The notes below the pieces were generated by a model. That model did no database searches, was not told where the DNA came from, and saw only the letters and a list, made by a program, of their open reading frames with translations. This document shows, one piece after another, positions 1 through 13,728 of a stretch of DNA of 64,000 nt. The position numbers and the translations under genes are program-made. Within the stretch, counting starts at the first letter, position 1. Every line of letters starts with the position of its first letter. This DNA comes from Camelus dromedarius (Eukaryota): contig NC_087436.1 in assembly GCF_036321535.1 (NCBI RefSeq), forward strand, positions 33,110,001 to 33,174,000, read 5' to 3'.

Positions 1-1836
1 CACTGACTGCCATTGCTGTTCATCCTGGTTACCATTAAAAATCCCAAATATATGTAGGTCACAATTGGCAAAGATAAAAGCGTATATAACTGCCCTTGAG
101 ATAAATTCATGTTCCGATTCCCCTAAGACTTTTAGAAAATTCTCCAGATACTTTCTTTTACTAGTGATAATTAACTTTTATAGTGTATAATAAGCAGTCA
201 TTGTTCTAGCATATTACATATATCCCCATACTTAATAGTTGTATTCCTGTGATTTATATGTTACCTTACCCATTTCTTAGAAGAATAAATTGAAGTTTAG
301 AGACAAATAATTTTCATGTTAGACAAATAAAAAGTAATAGAGTAAGTACTCAGATTGTTCTGGTTTCAAATAATGCTACTTTTTCATCAATTAATGTAGT
401 TGAATCCTTGCAGATAGAGCTTTATGCAGTCTAGATTATGCCTATTTGTCTTTAGACTAGGGAACAGACTCTTCATCCAGACAGAAAATGGCTAAGCTAA
501 GATTTAAACACAGGGTTTCCTGCTCCAGATTCTGTGATCTGCATGTTTTATTAACTTCTTTATCAAGTTTAAGATTAAGAAACAAAGTAAAATACAAATA
601 ATTTGGGGCCCTAAGCTCCCTTTGATCAGTGACTTCTCTAAAATATTACTAGGCTTTTGTTTTTTTTTTTGCTTTAATCATTTATACCCACCCCCACCCC
701 CCCACCCCCCGTTTTGTTTCTACTAATCATAGTTTTGGATTCAGTGGTCTCTGGTATCAATTTTATCTGCAAATCTATATTTTTAGTAAGTTTTATTGCT
801 ATTATTGTCTAGCATTGGAATCTTAAAGCTCCATATTCTCTCCCAGAGCTTTATTTTATGTTGCCTCTAGTCATCCGCAGGAAATGGGATATATGACCTT
901 AGGCATCTTCATGGTAGTTTTTCCTGCCACTTTCTTCTGTCTATTCTATACAGCTGCCTAATGAGTCATTTCAGTGTCCACTTCATATTTCCCAGCTGCA
1001 TTTCATTTAGTTACACAATGTACTGCACATGCGTGAAGAAACACTTCTTACCAAGTTTGTGTTCAAGAATGCTTAGATTAGTGGGTGGCTTGAAGGGAAG
1101 GGGGAGGAGGATGACAGAAAGAAATTAATGGGTTCCCCACAGAAAAGTAATATTTTAAAATGCACAATAAAGAATTTCTTATAACCCAAATCACCCGACA
1201 ACATCCATAATATAGTTTGAACATACACTTATCTAACTTTTGAAACAACTCTTAATTTATTAAAGTGAAAGTTCTTGTTAGCATTTGCTTCAGCTTGCAT
1301 AAGAGAGGTAAATGATTGGTTTTAAAATGTTTGATAATACAGGGTTAATTAATGGGTCTTAGGGGCTTAGGATTCTTATGGATGATATTTTGAAATCTAT
1401 AATACAAGCTTTAAAGCACCACCTGCAGAATGAAAAAGTGTTCTGGTGCTTGAAATATATTGATATGAGCTAAAGTGACACTCATAAATTTTGTTCTGTT
1501 TCTCTTCTGAACAAACATAGCTTAGGGTTATATAATGTGTTTCTGGGGTGGTCTTGATCATTGTGCTGTCAGAGAGCAGTATGCTATGTTGTTCCAGAAA
1601 TAGAGATGTGATACATTATATGCTGGGAAGAGATTTTTGTGATATTCCAGCAATATTCTCCCTGCCTTTGGGTACAAATTTTACTTTAATATAGAATAAA
1701 CAAAATATTATTAATAAATTAAACAATGGAAGAAGCTTACCTAAAAATTTTTCTTAAAGGATTAGACAGGCTCTCTGAACTAAACATACCATGGTAGAGC
1801 AAATGAAATTACTGTAGGTTAGAGAACATTCCCTTC

Positions 1837-2020
1837 AGAAGTTGTAAATGATGGCCCAATGGCTGGTTTTGGCTTGTAGATGTTTGGCCCACACCCCGTT
1901 TTTTAACAATGGAATTAGTTTCCAACATTCAAAAATTGGATGATTTGACCTAAAAACCAGATTTTTGGCTTCTCTTGAAAAATCAGAAGGTCTGGCAACA
2001 TTGAGCAGACATTCCCACAG
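1837..2020. mobile_element. MER103-like DNA transposon fossil
   Basis: Contains ccagatttttggcttctcttgaaaaatcagaaggtctggcaaca, the typical MER103 core. Confidence 0.65.
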
Positions 2021-3740
2021 GCCACATTTGAAGAGAGCTACAGAGATTGCCTACTGAAACACATTTGCTAGAATATAAATTCCATGAAGACTCTTGAAGA
2101 AGTGACTGTTCAGTGAAGAACTGAAGTTCTGTGAAGAACTGATTTGTGGATTGATGCAAATTGAGTGCAGCCTGAACACCTGGAAGAGTGTCTGGCTGTA
2201 GATGCTCAATAAATATTTATCACATGAATCAACCTGTAATCTCTAGTAAACATCTGTTGAATTTACAGGGCATGGGTTCTCCAGTATTACAATTCTTTGA
2301 ATTTGTTTTCAACCAGTTAATGGCACATATAAGATAGCTGTTTTGTAATAGAGGAAGAGGGTCATAAATCCTGTTAAAAAGCAAACAGTTAAGAACATCA
2401 GAAACAATATAGATATTTATTGTTAAGGACACCACACTTGCAAAGCCAAAGTTTTCTAAAACAGTGAGGCATTTTGCTCTGACAACAAAACAGTGGAATT
2501 TAATGAAGTTTCCCATACCAGATATTTTGCAGTTGAAACCCAGTGAGGTAATCTAATATTCTCTTCTCTTTTCTTTTCTTCTCCCTCATTTTGTCTGTCA
2601 CTCTCTTTTTACTTTTGTTTGGAAAATGTACTTGCTTGTGTTAGTGTTTCTTGCTCAGGCCTGGTAAATTCTCAGTAAAGGTTTGTTGAATTAATTAAAC
2701 TGTATGTTATTATCATCTCTAAAGCCATATAAAATGTTTAAATACTAAAGAATGTGATGATATGAAAAGAATTTAAGTTATTCATCATTATGTGTCATTT
2801 CAGACAAATTAGTAATCCTGTTCTTCTTAGATATAATACTTAATGAGTCCAGTGATTCCTCTCTTAGAGACTAACATAGACTAGATGATAAAAGTGTTAA
2901 GATTTTGACAGGTCTACCCTCTGACTTTCTAATGATGTTTGAAGAGGCTAAGTTTATAGGAAAACCAGCTTCTTTTGAGGAAAGGCACATTTATATCAGA
3001 GGTAATTAGTGATGAGGCCAGTATTCAAGCTCATCATGTTGTAATACTCATTTCCTAAACCATGCCCTTTAACCATGATAGCAGCTTGCTGACTATTTAC
3101 ATCTTATTATTCCTGTGAAATTTCTGATTAGTTATTTTCTCTCATCAGTTATTTTATCTCATTAGTCCTCTGATATTTCAATCTTATTTTATCTGAACTT
3201 TCTCTAATATATTACCAGCACTTTGTTGATTTCTCAGCTTAATTTTATCTTAAGCTAATTTTTTTATGTCTTAAGACATTTAAATCTTTTACCAAGTAAA
3301 TAAATGCTTAAAATGCATATACTTGCTGAATAAACCCATGGAACAGTGCTCATGTAATGTAAATGACCCCCATAGAAGATCATTTTATAATACTCCTTAT
3401 ATAACAAAATTATTTTTAGAAATAATCATGAAATGAAATCGATACTAAGACTAACAGTAACAGGAAAAATACAGATACATTTTCTTGTATTAAATTTTGT
3501 ATATATAATTATACCAGTAAAAAAAATTAGAAAACCAAAAAAAAAGGATTAATACTGCATAATTTTATTAAAGTACTTTTTTGAAAAATAAGAAAGAAAT
3601 ACATGAAGGATGCCTTCAAGAGAATAAAATTATGCAAGATTCAGAGAATGATTTTTATATAGAATTATGCTATTAAAGTAGTACCATTTCTTCTTTATCT
3701 TAAAATCACTGTGCTTTCATTGTTTATTTTGAATTTACAG

Positions 3741-4640
3741 ACGCAATAATATATTGAGTCCTAGTGTTTGGAATTGTGAACTGTGCCCAAACTGGGCTCA
3801 ATTATTTCAAATTATTTTGAATTTACTCTTAAAATTCATAAGGGAAGCTGGGGTAGCTGAGTCTGTGTGTGTCAGGGCTGGCTGGGTAACTCGGAGTTTT
3901 CCAAATTAACTTGTCCATAGAATTCTGTTTTTGTTAAAGGTAAATAATAAACACGTGCTAATTTGGAACACACATATATTTTATTAAAACTCAACAGTAA
4001 CATAAGCAATGTTTAGAACCTTGAGCAGAACTTTGCAAACTACAGCCTGTGGGCCAAATCCCACACGATCCCAAGTGCACCGTTTTTGGGGAGAGCGAGA
4101 GGGAGAGCAGGAAAAGGCTTAAATGCCATTTCTGAACGTGCACCCACACTGTGGGGCTAAATTCTGTTGTGTATGTGAGTGTTGCTCTGGGTAGGCTATA
4201 TTAAAAGCAAACACAGACTATGGCATTTCATTTCCCAGTTGCTGTGTATCTTAGGCGTTGACTTTCTCATTGGTAAATGTGGTTAATGTTGAGTGTGGTT
4301 CAGATACACGCGTATCTGAACCTCATGTATCTGAACCTCTGTTACTTTGGAGAGATAGTCCAACCTGCAGGTTTAAATCAAAACCTTTGAGGGATTGTAT
4401 TTCTTTAAGCAGCTTGACCTTGATACAGGTTTATCTCTTATATTTTTGTTAAAAATAGTTTAATGACTGGAAAACTGTCTTTACATAAATATCAACAAGC
4501 TATGTCTTTGAAATAATTTCTCCTCCTTTGATGTAGTTTTCCTCAAATAAACTTCTGTTAATTATATAATTAAAATTTCTTGACTTTTCTGTACTGTGCA
4601 TTACTTTGTTTATAGCACCTCATAAAAAGTTTCTGTACTT
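3741..4640 (+). other. Possible terminal exon / 3' UTR of a convergent plus-strand gene
   Basis: Acceptor tttattttgaatttacag| followed by early stops in two frames (ACG CAA TAA; AC GCA ATA ATA TAT TGA). AATAAA at about 3946 and 4546. Confidence 0.25.
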
Positions 4641-4699
4641 AAAAAAATATTTAACGCTGTCATATTTTAGTAGATCAGCATTGTAACTTGTAAGCAAAA

Positions 4700-4922
4700 T
4701 CCCTTTTGTACCACTATTTGCTTTAGCTATGTAGACCACCATGTGTGTAGTCTCTCGGGATCCGCATTCGAATGGAATTGTCTTTGCTTCTTCCTGTGGT
4801 GATTATCCATAGGTATTCCTGAATTTCTGCTGCAGCAGCCACACATTTTACAGCTTAGTCTAGGAACTATGATATTGCAATCACGCTGGTTCTTTCAGTG
4901 GAGTGATTTTTTTCCCTCCATT
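4700..4922 (-). pseudogene. Possible terminal fossil exon
   Basis: Acceptor-like ttttactttgtatgatacacacag| and higher sequence complexity, but many stops and no motif. Confidence 0.2.
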
Positions 4923-5670
4923 CTGTGTGTATCATACAAAGTAAAACACAAACAGAAAATGCCAATTTTATACTATAAAACTATGTAATAAAATATGTAA
5001 CTAATCAAGAGATATGGCCTTTTATTTAGTACACTTTCAGTTTCCAAAGCTTTGAGAAATTAAAAAAAAACTTATGATGTCATCTAGCTGCATAATTTGG
5101 AAAAGTGAAGGCCTAAGAACTGGCTTATGTGTACTCTCAGACATAGGACCAAGAAGGCCCTAAGGCTAGCAAATTTCAGTGCATTGTGCCTACCTGGAAT
5201 ACAAGTGTAACTAATCGGTACAACCTGTCAACCACTTTATCTCTAAGAGAACTGGACTATAGTATAGTCTCTGTGGAAAATGTAACTCAGGGAAGAATTG
5301 AATTCTGATGAAACGCAATGGGAGTCTCACAATGGCCAGCTAAGTTGCTATGTTAGAGCGATTAGTATTGGCCCAAAATGTTGCCTAATAACCACCAGAT
5401 TCTAAAAATAAAAATTAAATAAAAATATATTAATTCATTCTGAGTTTTCACGTCAGTAAGTACTCAACTATTCAAACTTTAAGAAAGTCCTTGCTTTGAA
5501 AGAATCAGGCCGCATAATCAACTGGTTGATTTATAAATTAGAAGTAATGAAAGATTTCCTTCTGTTAAGATGGTAGAGATCAATTTTGATGCTCATTCTA
5601 AAGGCAATTTACCAAACAAATTAGTTTAAAGAGACCAATGAGACTCAGGGATCCATTATTTAGGAGAGTC

Positions 5671-6297
5671 TATTACCAAACCAAACTTGTTTCTGCTCGC
5701 CACGTACAATAAAGCCAGTCTACTGACACAGGGTCCTGGGGAAGAAAAGTACAGAGTTTCTTGCAAGGTATCCAACTTAGGGCCAGGTAAGGATAATAGT
5801 CAGCTTATGCTCAAAATACTTGAACTCCCCAACAGCTTCTGGGGAAGTGTTTTTAAAGACAGTGTGTGGGAGATGGTTGCAGGGTCTGTGATCAGTGTGT
5901 GCTCTATTCTGTGGTTGACAGTGAGGTACCAGGGTACTGTTTTGGGAATCTTAATCATCATCCTTTTGGTTCCAACTGTCTGGGGTCTATATACTGATGG
6001 TCAGCATGCAGGTAACATTTTAGTATCTATAAAACAACCCAAAGATATGGCTCAAGATATTATCTGTAGACCTTGAGGAGCAACTAAAGGTCCTTGATTT
6101 TTTTTTTAATGGCTAAACTATTATTTTATTTTCCTTACCTGTTTTCCTTTGTTTCTGCATTTTCTCACTTCTCTGACTAAATTTGCTCTTTGAAACTCAG
6201 GGTAGGCCTAGGAGGCTAAAGGTTTTCTACAAACAAGAGCCAGGGGCACAGGAAGGTCTGTCACCTGGAAGGCTTCGCAGGGCCCTACTTGGTTTCA
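5671..6297 (-). mobile_element. ERV1-class solo LTR
   Basis: 627 bp with T(A)TTAC...TTTCA termini and a perfect 4-bp TSD AGTC (5667-5670 / 6298-6301). MER41/LTR8-like internal motifs. ORF 5687..6076 lies inside it. Confidence 0.85.
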
Positions 6298-6541
6298 AGT
6301 CAATGGAAAGAAATCAGTCCCTATGAGAAGTGACTACTTCCCTCCCTTCTTCTCCTCCTACTTCTTCTTCCTCTTTTCTTCCTGCTTCTTTCTCTTTTTC
6401 TTCTTCCTTTCATTTTAATGAATTATTATAGCAGACGTATATCCTTTATAATGCATATTCTTTTTTTTTTAAGCTATACAAATAACAGCTCAATAAGAAA
6501 AAGGCTAATAACATTTTGGAAAATTTTGTAAAACATACCAG

Positions 6542-7013
6542 CAGGTCAGTGAAATTCCTTCCTGGCTTCATTCAGGGAGAGAGAACTATTGCTGCCTTAT
6601 TACACTCAGGGAAGCATGTGCTGTAAATCTACAAGGAATCCTTTGCCAATGTGATGGATCCTTTATCTGCATTTTACAATAAGGCCTCCTTTTTCTTAAA
6701 GGTACATGGGCTCTTTTCGACTCAATATTTTAAAGCCAACAAACACAAAATAATAAGTCTTAAGACAATTATATAGTGCAGTTTTGACATGATTGAGTCA
6801 GTTTGACAAATGCTTAAACTGCAACAGAACTCTAAACCATGCTACTCACAAGGACATAGCACAACTTTGGTAGACTTTAAAGTTGTGAAAAGAACATGAT
6901 GCAAGAATCCTTCCAAAAAGGGACAAATCAGAGGAATGGCAAAGTAACTGTGACCATCAAATATATATGTATATAGTTTTTAATGTGATTCTTAATATTA
7001 GATAACCAACCCA
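6542..7013 (+). repeat. Inverted duplicate of 13756-14278
   Basis: Colinear identity blocks, e.g. gctgtaaatctacaagga, tcctttatctgcattttaca, tattttaaagccaacaaa, ctcacaaggacata, ataaccaaccca. Confidence 0.92.
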
Positions 7014-7029
7014 TCTAAAAGAAATGCAA

Positions 7030-7690
7030 ATGGACTACCCACACGTTAAACTGCATAGCCTTGCTCATAATTAAAGAAAAGAAAATTAAGATAAGAACTT
7101 GGTTTCCACCTACTTTCTTAAAGACTAAAATATATGTTAATATATATAGTATACATGTGTATAGAATGGAGAAATAATAATTCTCATTCAAAGGTGGTGA
7201 AGTTGAATTATTTTATTCTCTTTTAATAGGAATTTGGCAATATTTATAAAAATATAAATATACATTACTCTGACCAGGCAATTTGACTTCTAAGAATTTA
7301 TCATGTGGTATGCTAACACATGCGTGCAAGGACGTTGGTTTCTCCACCCTGTTTATGACAGCAAAAACTGGCAACTACATTAATGTATTTCATTTAACTT
7401 GCTAAACCCATAGCATGGAATATTATGCAACTATTAAAAAGAATGGAGATTGGTTTCTGTGCTTACATTAAAAAAAAACTCCTAAATATATTTTTAAGTA
7501 AGAAAAATCAGTTCCCAGAATAGTATTAGAATCTATTTGAATTTATGTTAAAATGATAAATACATAGGTCAAATGGACATTTTCTGGAATGATGCAGAGT
7601 AATTGTTAGGAGTGGTTCTCCTGGGCAGGAAAATGAGGGCTAGAGAACTTCTTCTCAGTATACTAACTATACTGTTTGAATATTTAACAT
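7030..7690 (+). mobile_element. Old L1ME-like 3' fragment
   Basis: Degenerate L1 ORF2-end/3' UTR motifs (ccaggcaatttgacttctaagaattta, atggaatattatgcaactattaaaaagaat). Confidence 0.65.
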
Positions 7691-7859
7691 GTTCTAATTT
7701 ATTTTCTCAATACAATAAAAAATCTGGTAAAAGGAAAGAAGAGCAAATGGCATTTTACAAATACTAATGTTGAACATCTCATTGAGAGAAAATCTAATTT
7801 GGTTGTGTTTGAGAAAATATGTGAAATATTTAAAAATACACCAGAGCTAGTAGAAGTTC

Positions 7860-7951
7860 CTTTCAAGATGGTGAAGCAGAAGGAGCTGGAGCTCATCTCC
7901 TCTCACAGACACACCAAGATCATGACTAACTGCAGAACAACTAGTGATAAA
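7860..7951 (+). mobile_element. L1 5' UTR head
   Basis: ttcaagatggtgaagcagaaggagctggagctcatctcctctcacag resembles a laurasiatherian L1 5' end. Confidence 0.6.
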
Positions 7952-8911
7952 AGTCATCTGTCAATGGACATTTAGGTTGTTTCCATGTCTTGGCTATTGT
8001 AAATAGTGGTACTATGAATATTGAGGTGCATGTATCTTTTTGAATTAAGGTTCCCTCTAGATATATGCCCAAGAGTAGGATTGCTGGATCCTATGGTAAG
8101 TTAATTTTAGTTTTTTGAGAATCTCCGTACTATTTTCAATAATGGCTGCAGCAAACTACATTCCCACCAACAATGTAGGAGGGTTCCCTTTTCTCCACAC
8201 CCTCCCCAGCATTTATCATTTGTGAACTTTTTCATGATGGCCATTCTAACTGGTGTGAGGTAATACTTCATTGTAGTTTTGATTTGCATTTCTCTGATAA
8301 TTAGCAATATTGAACATTTTTTCATGTGCCTATTGGCCATTTGTATGTCTTCATTGGAGAATTGCTTGTTTAGGTCTTGTGCCCATTTTTGGATTGGGTT
8401 ATTTGTTTGTGTTTTTTTATTAAGTTGTATAAGCTGTTTATATATTCTGGAAATTAAGCCCTATCGGTCTCATCTTTTGCAAATATTTTCTCCTGTTCTG
8501 TAGGTTATCTTTTTGTTTTACTTATGGTATCCTTTGCTGTGCAAAAGTTTAATTAGGTCTCATTTGTTTATTTTTGCCTTTATTTCTATTCCTTGGATAG
8601 ACTGCCCTAGGAGAACATTGCTGAGATTTGTCAGAGAATGTTTTGCCTATGTCTTTTTCTAAGAGGTTTATAGAGTCTTGTCTTATGTTTAAGTCTTTAA
8701 GCCATTTTAAGTTTATTTTTGTGTGTGGTGTGAAGGAGTATTCTAACTTCATTGATTTACATGCAGCTGTCCAGTTTTCCCAACACCAGTTGCTGAAGAG
8801 ACTGCCTTTACTACACTGTATGTTCGTGCCTCCTTTGTCAAAGATTAATTGACCAAAAGTTTGTGGGTTTTTTCTTTGCTTTCTATCCTGTTCCATTGAT
8901 CCATATGTCTA
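7952..8911 (-). mobile_element. L1 ORF2 3' fragment, relatively young
   Basis: ORFs 8107..8340 and 8549..8896 translate as L1 ORF2 C-terminus ([10 protein letters not shown]...[15 protein letters not shown]...WCWENW). Confidence 0.95.
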
Positions 8912-8914
8912 TTA

Positions 8915-10950
8915 GCAGCATTCTTGATCATCTCAATAGATGCAGAAAAGACATTCAATAACATTCAGTATGTTACCCACATATGTCTATGGGTATTTGT
9001 GTATGTGTGTATTAAGAGTAGAAGAAACTTTACTTAGCCTGCTTGTGGTGTGTCTACCAAAACTTAATGCACATAATGGTACTTAATTTTTAACTTCAGA
9101 AGCATTTTAAACAGTGATGCCCACTATCACCACTACTGCTCAAATCATAAATTACTGGTGGTCCTGGTCTGTGTAATATGATTTTCTATTCTTAGCTCAT
9201 GGATTACTGGATTACTTGGATGTGACTTTTATGGCTTTCAAATATTTAGTACTTTTATCCTTTTTTGATTTGTTTTACTTTTGTTAATTTCTGTCTTTTA
9301 GCTTTATAGGACTGTGAGGAGAGAAGATAGTCTTAGAATATCAATTGTGTGGAATTTGTGGAAGCTTTATTTCTGTGGTACATTACATAGTTAATTCCTC
9401 TTGCTGACACATACCCTTTGTACATATATATTTTTTTTCAGTGAGGGACTGTAAAATTTCTGTGTCCATGAGTTATAAAAATGTAATTAATTCTGACTCT
9501 TTAGTGATAGTCTGACCAGGCATATAATGAAGTACAAGGTAGTTTTCCCACACTGTCTAAATATAATTATTGTCTGATTTCTGTCACATATTTCTATGAA
9601 TAAGTCTGCCATCAATCTATTTGGTGAAGTTTCCTTACAGAAAATTAGTCTTTTTCTGGAAAATTAAAAATTTTTTCTTTGCTGCTGAAAGTAGCAAAGT
9701 TCACATGTAGAGATGTAGATTAGGCATTCGGTGGATTTTTTTTAACCTGAAGATTCACATCGTTAGTTCTAGGAAAATTTCAGTTTTTATAGCTTCAAAT
9801 ATTACCTCTCTATGATCTTTCTATTTTTTTGTTTTGTTTTGTTTTGTTTTATTTTTTATCTTTCTGGAATTAGGCAGATAGATGAGCTCCTCAAATTGTT
9901 CTTCATTATCTCTTAATCTCAATCTCTCTCTTCTCTCTCTATCTCTCTGTTAGCTTCTGGGAGATTTCCTCAATTCTGTCTTCCAACTCATTAATTTTGT
10001 GTTTAAATTTCTTTAAGCAATATTGAGCCTATAGTTTAAGGGATTTTTAAATTTCTCTAATTTTATTTTTTTATTCCCAAATTTCTATTTTGTTCTTTTT
10101 CCTGTCTGCTGTTTTATAACTACAAATTATTTTTTTCCTAAAAGCTTTTCTCTTTTTATCCTTTGAGATACATACATACATACTCTTAACATTTTCTTAA
10201 ATTACTTTGTTAACTTAATTTTCTGGGTTCAAATTCTCTCCCATTGGAGGCAGTGAACCGTCTTACATATTTATCAGTTTATTGTGTGTTTTCTCTTACT
10301 CCTGCTATTTCATAATGTATGCTTCAGGAGGACATTGATTTTTAACTACTTTTCTAAAAACTTTTTCCTTAGTGCTTGGCAGAGTTCCCAGCATATAGTA
10401 GGTATTCAATAAATATTTGTTGCATCAATAATACATGTACTTTTATTCTTTCTAAGTATTGTTTGTAGACTTATCCTATATGGGTTTGTCTATATAATTG
10501 CTTTATGTTTATTGCTGCCCTGGGCCTATAAGGTGTATGGCTTGAACATGGTAAGTGTTTGGCTTAAAACCCTTGGCCTGTGTGATGGCGCATGCTCATG
10601 CCATACCCCACTGACTTTTCACCTGTGCTGGGCTATAGTCTGGTAGTTTGTTTCTGCCCCTTTTCCTGGAAGAAGGTACAGATCTGGCTCCAGGGTTTAT
10701 ATAGGTCTAGCTTGTGACCTCATAGCCCATATTTGGTTCTGTATTCATGGGTTACATGACTAGATTTTCAGTTGCTTTCTTTTACTTCCTTTTACTTTTT
10801 CTAAGTTACCCTGTTCTGCTTCATGGTTACATACCTATTAGTTTATGGATTTGTCTCCATATTTTAAACAAAAAATAACCATTATCTATCATTTCTATGT
10901 TTTGGGAATAGAGGTAATTTTTATATGCTTTACCCTCTATCTTCAACTAG
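8915..10950. mobile_element. Mosaic of ancient L1ME/HAL1-like fragments with a short L2 end (about 10370-10430)
   Basis: L1 ORF2 motif atctcaatagatgcagaaaagacattc on plus; T-rich antisense ORF1-like sequence further on. Confidence 0.5.
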
Positions 10951-11337
10951 AAAAGAAAGTTTGTTTTTGTCCATAAAATCCGAAACTATGTATGAATTTC
11001 CTTATTTCAGCCCAAAAGAAAACTAAGTACTTTTCTAGGTGCTTTTTGGATCTATAATAGATAAATCTGTACTCTGAATGAAGGCATGTACCCTGCTTAA
11101 ACTCCAGAATTCGCATATATGTGTGTAGTAAACAGGAACAGTAATTCTTATGTTAAATATAGTTCATGAAAATTAAGTACTGTAAGTCTGAACCATAAAT
11201 GCCTTCAGGTAGGAGGGCTTAGAAGTCTTTAGTCGTAGATAATGGTCCTCAACGCTTGGAAGTCACCTGCATGTGGATCTGCGTAAGACATGGTTCAGTG
11301 TGGTGGTAAACAACACAACATGAATGCATTTACTTAA

Positions 11338-11550
11338 ATAATGAAACTAGTCAACTTAAAAAACAAAAAATGTTGTTCTATTTCTTATAGTGGAATACGA
11401 GTAGCTCCTCTTACAGACTGGTGATTTAACAAGATTGATACCACAGATTATTGCATCAAATCCTTACACTTTAGAAGGTAAGTTAGCCATTTATGATGGT
11501 CTTCTTTCACCTTAAACTTCTTAAGTCCTTCTTCTTTCAGGCCTACTTTT
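11338..11550 (-). pseudogene. Possible late fossil exon
   Basis: Branch-like TTAAC plus ttctatccctaaacag|, reading KVGLKEEGLKKFKVKEDHHKWLTYLLKCKDLMQ. No clear motif. Confidence 0.35.
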
Positions 11551-12489
11551 CTGTTTAGGGATAGAATAAAAATCGGTTAAAACAAGGGGTACTTAATCAC
11601 TTTCAACATAATTTAGACAACAGTAGGTGTTTATAAAAATGCCAAATATGGTTCTGGAAGAGAGTGAGCTTTCCTACGGGGTGAACAACCTACACTTTAA
11701 TTATAGAGTTTTCGGTCCTCATATCAAAATTTCTTTTTTCTGTTGATCAATATCTGCTTCCTGGTTTCTTTTCAAGCTTCTAATTGAAATCTGTCATCCT
11801 TTTAAACTTAATAAAATTTATGTAGCTTCCAAGTAAAGCATTTCTGAAATCTCAATTTTTTTCTGAAAAATTTTAAGATAAATTAGGAAAAAATAACACT
11901 TTCTACTCTGGACTCTTCCCATTAACACGTGGTATTCATAAAGTGCTCTTAATATCCTCAACTATTTTCTCACATAATTTCTCATATGGTACTATATTAA
12001 TACATATGAATTTAAGTTATGTGATATGTATCTGTTTTGTCCTTTCATACTTGTAGATAGTATCTTTGTGGTTGTGCCTTACACTATTAATGCATCTGGG
12101 TAAATACTAAACATTCCATTAATTTATCTGTACATCCAGCTCTATAATGCCAAGAATATACTTGATTGATTTAAACTGTTGCATTTAATCTGGAGATTTG
12201 ATGTCATATAACTGCAGCTTAGCATAAGTTACCAAAGAGACCTATTATTTTCATATATTTTATGTTACTATAAAGTACAAGGAGCATAGTAAATATTTTT
12301 GGAAGAATATGGTGATTCTGGAAATTTATGTCAAATTGAGAAAAGCCAACTTTAATAACTATTTATTTTTAAAGTAATATAAGTTCACTTCTTGAACAAA
12401 TAATTCAAACAATGTAGGATATACCAAAAATAGTAATAGTATCTAGTCCTAATTGTCTGAGGTAAACAATACTAAAATTTGGTAATACA

Positions 12490-12822
12490 TTCTAGAAATA
12501 TCTAAATAGTTCTTTTTCTCTTCCTGCTTGATTCTTAAAATGACCCCTATTTGATTTCATTGCATGTTAATTTTCCTGTGTGATTTGCTATTTGTTCATG
12601 GTCCTCTTTGGCAGCACAATCTAGTTTCAACTTTTATATCTTTCCAGTTATATAAGAGTTCCTGGTATGTTTTGCCAGATGTGGCATCTATCATTAGCTA
12701 GTCAAAAATGATAGTACTGTTGCTTTTTCTTTTGATGTGTAGCAACGGCTAAACTACTAGAAGATGAATCGTAGGGACTTAAATAATGAATGTTGTAATG
12801 TATTACATTGCACTTAGAGTAC
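12490..12822 (-). pseudogene. Fossil exon; 3' end uncertain
   Basis: Acceptor ctgtttgtggcag|, phase 0: VL*VQCNTLQHSLFKSLRFIF, resembling the RGS helix 7-9 pattern. Confidence 0.45.
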
Positions 12823-12966
12823 CTGCCACAAACAGGTAAATTATACTTTGATACTTTCCCCCTGAATAATACTTTAGCCTAAAAGATTTTACCACAATTC
12901 CAGTTGTACAGTCTGTACTACTGTAAAGTACTGCATTTTTTTCTTAAAGAAATCAGTACTTGTTAC

Positions 12967-13728
12967 CTTCAGGTTACAGTTAAAAGTATGGACTTATTTG
13001 AATTAGTTTGAGTATGTCATGGTATCTCTGTGAATGTATTTTTAAAAAATTATTATAAAAAATTCAATGTAAGTCCAACTTAACTGTATAAGAAACTTAC
13101 AGCTGAGAACCTGAGTAAACAACAGGATAGTCAATATTTCAACTTCTATGTGTTTAACAAAGGATTATGGAATTGTCCCGCAAGCATAAGCTAAATCATG
13201 AAAATTTACATTTTCCTTCTGCAGGACAGTTCCTTCTAACATTATTCTCTGAACAACAGCTCGTTTTCTTGTGCCAGTATTCTATTCCCTGAACTGCAGC
13301 TTGGCAGCAACCAGGTCTCAAATTTCAACCACATGTATTTCAGAAAATCAAAAGATCCTTATTTGGCACTTTAGTCACATATCTTTAAAAGCAGTGTTTG
13401 TGCGTCAGATTTAAAAATAATTGAAACCAGGGGGTTCAAAAAACCAAACTTTTCTTCCAAGATGTTTCAATCGCAACTGATTCCAAAAACATTGAAAGCA
13501 AGAGAATGGAAACGAGGATAGAAACTGCATGCAGCCTGCAGCTTCATAAACTGACAGCACCAGTAGAAATGGGTTCAAAATGTGCACTTGATCCCCAAGC
13601 CAGGATGGGGAGCCTTGTAGTGCCTTGACCCTGTTTGCACATTGCCTGCTGGAGAACAGTCCTAGGGTGTTGCAAGTCTGCGGGTGGATATGTTAGCCCA
13701 CGAGATCATTTTCTCTAAGACTTATACC
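12967..13728 (-). pseudogene. Large fossil exon
   Basis: Acceptor ttcccattttag| (phase 2 matches), donor AAG|GTAACA (phase 0). Includes DLAYACGTIP*SFVKHIEVEILTILLF and IF*KYIHRD. Confidence 0.55.

Noticed and set aside
5687..6076. 129-aa ORF with a hydrophobic segment
   Set aside because: Entirely within a TSD-bounded solo LTR.
13225..13390. Plus-strand acceptor followed by GQFLLTLFSEQQLVFLCQYSIP
   Set aside because: It has stops, no good donor, and overlaps the minus-strand fossil exon.
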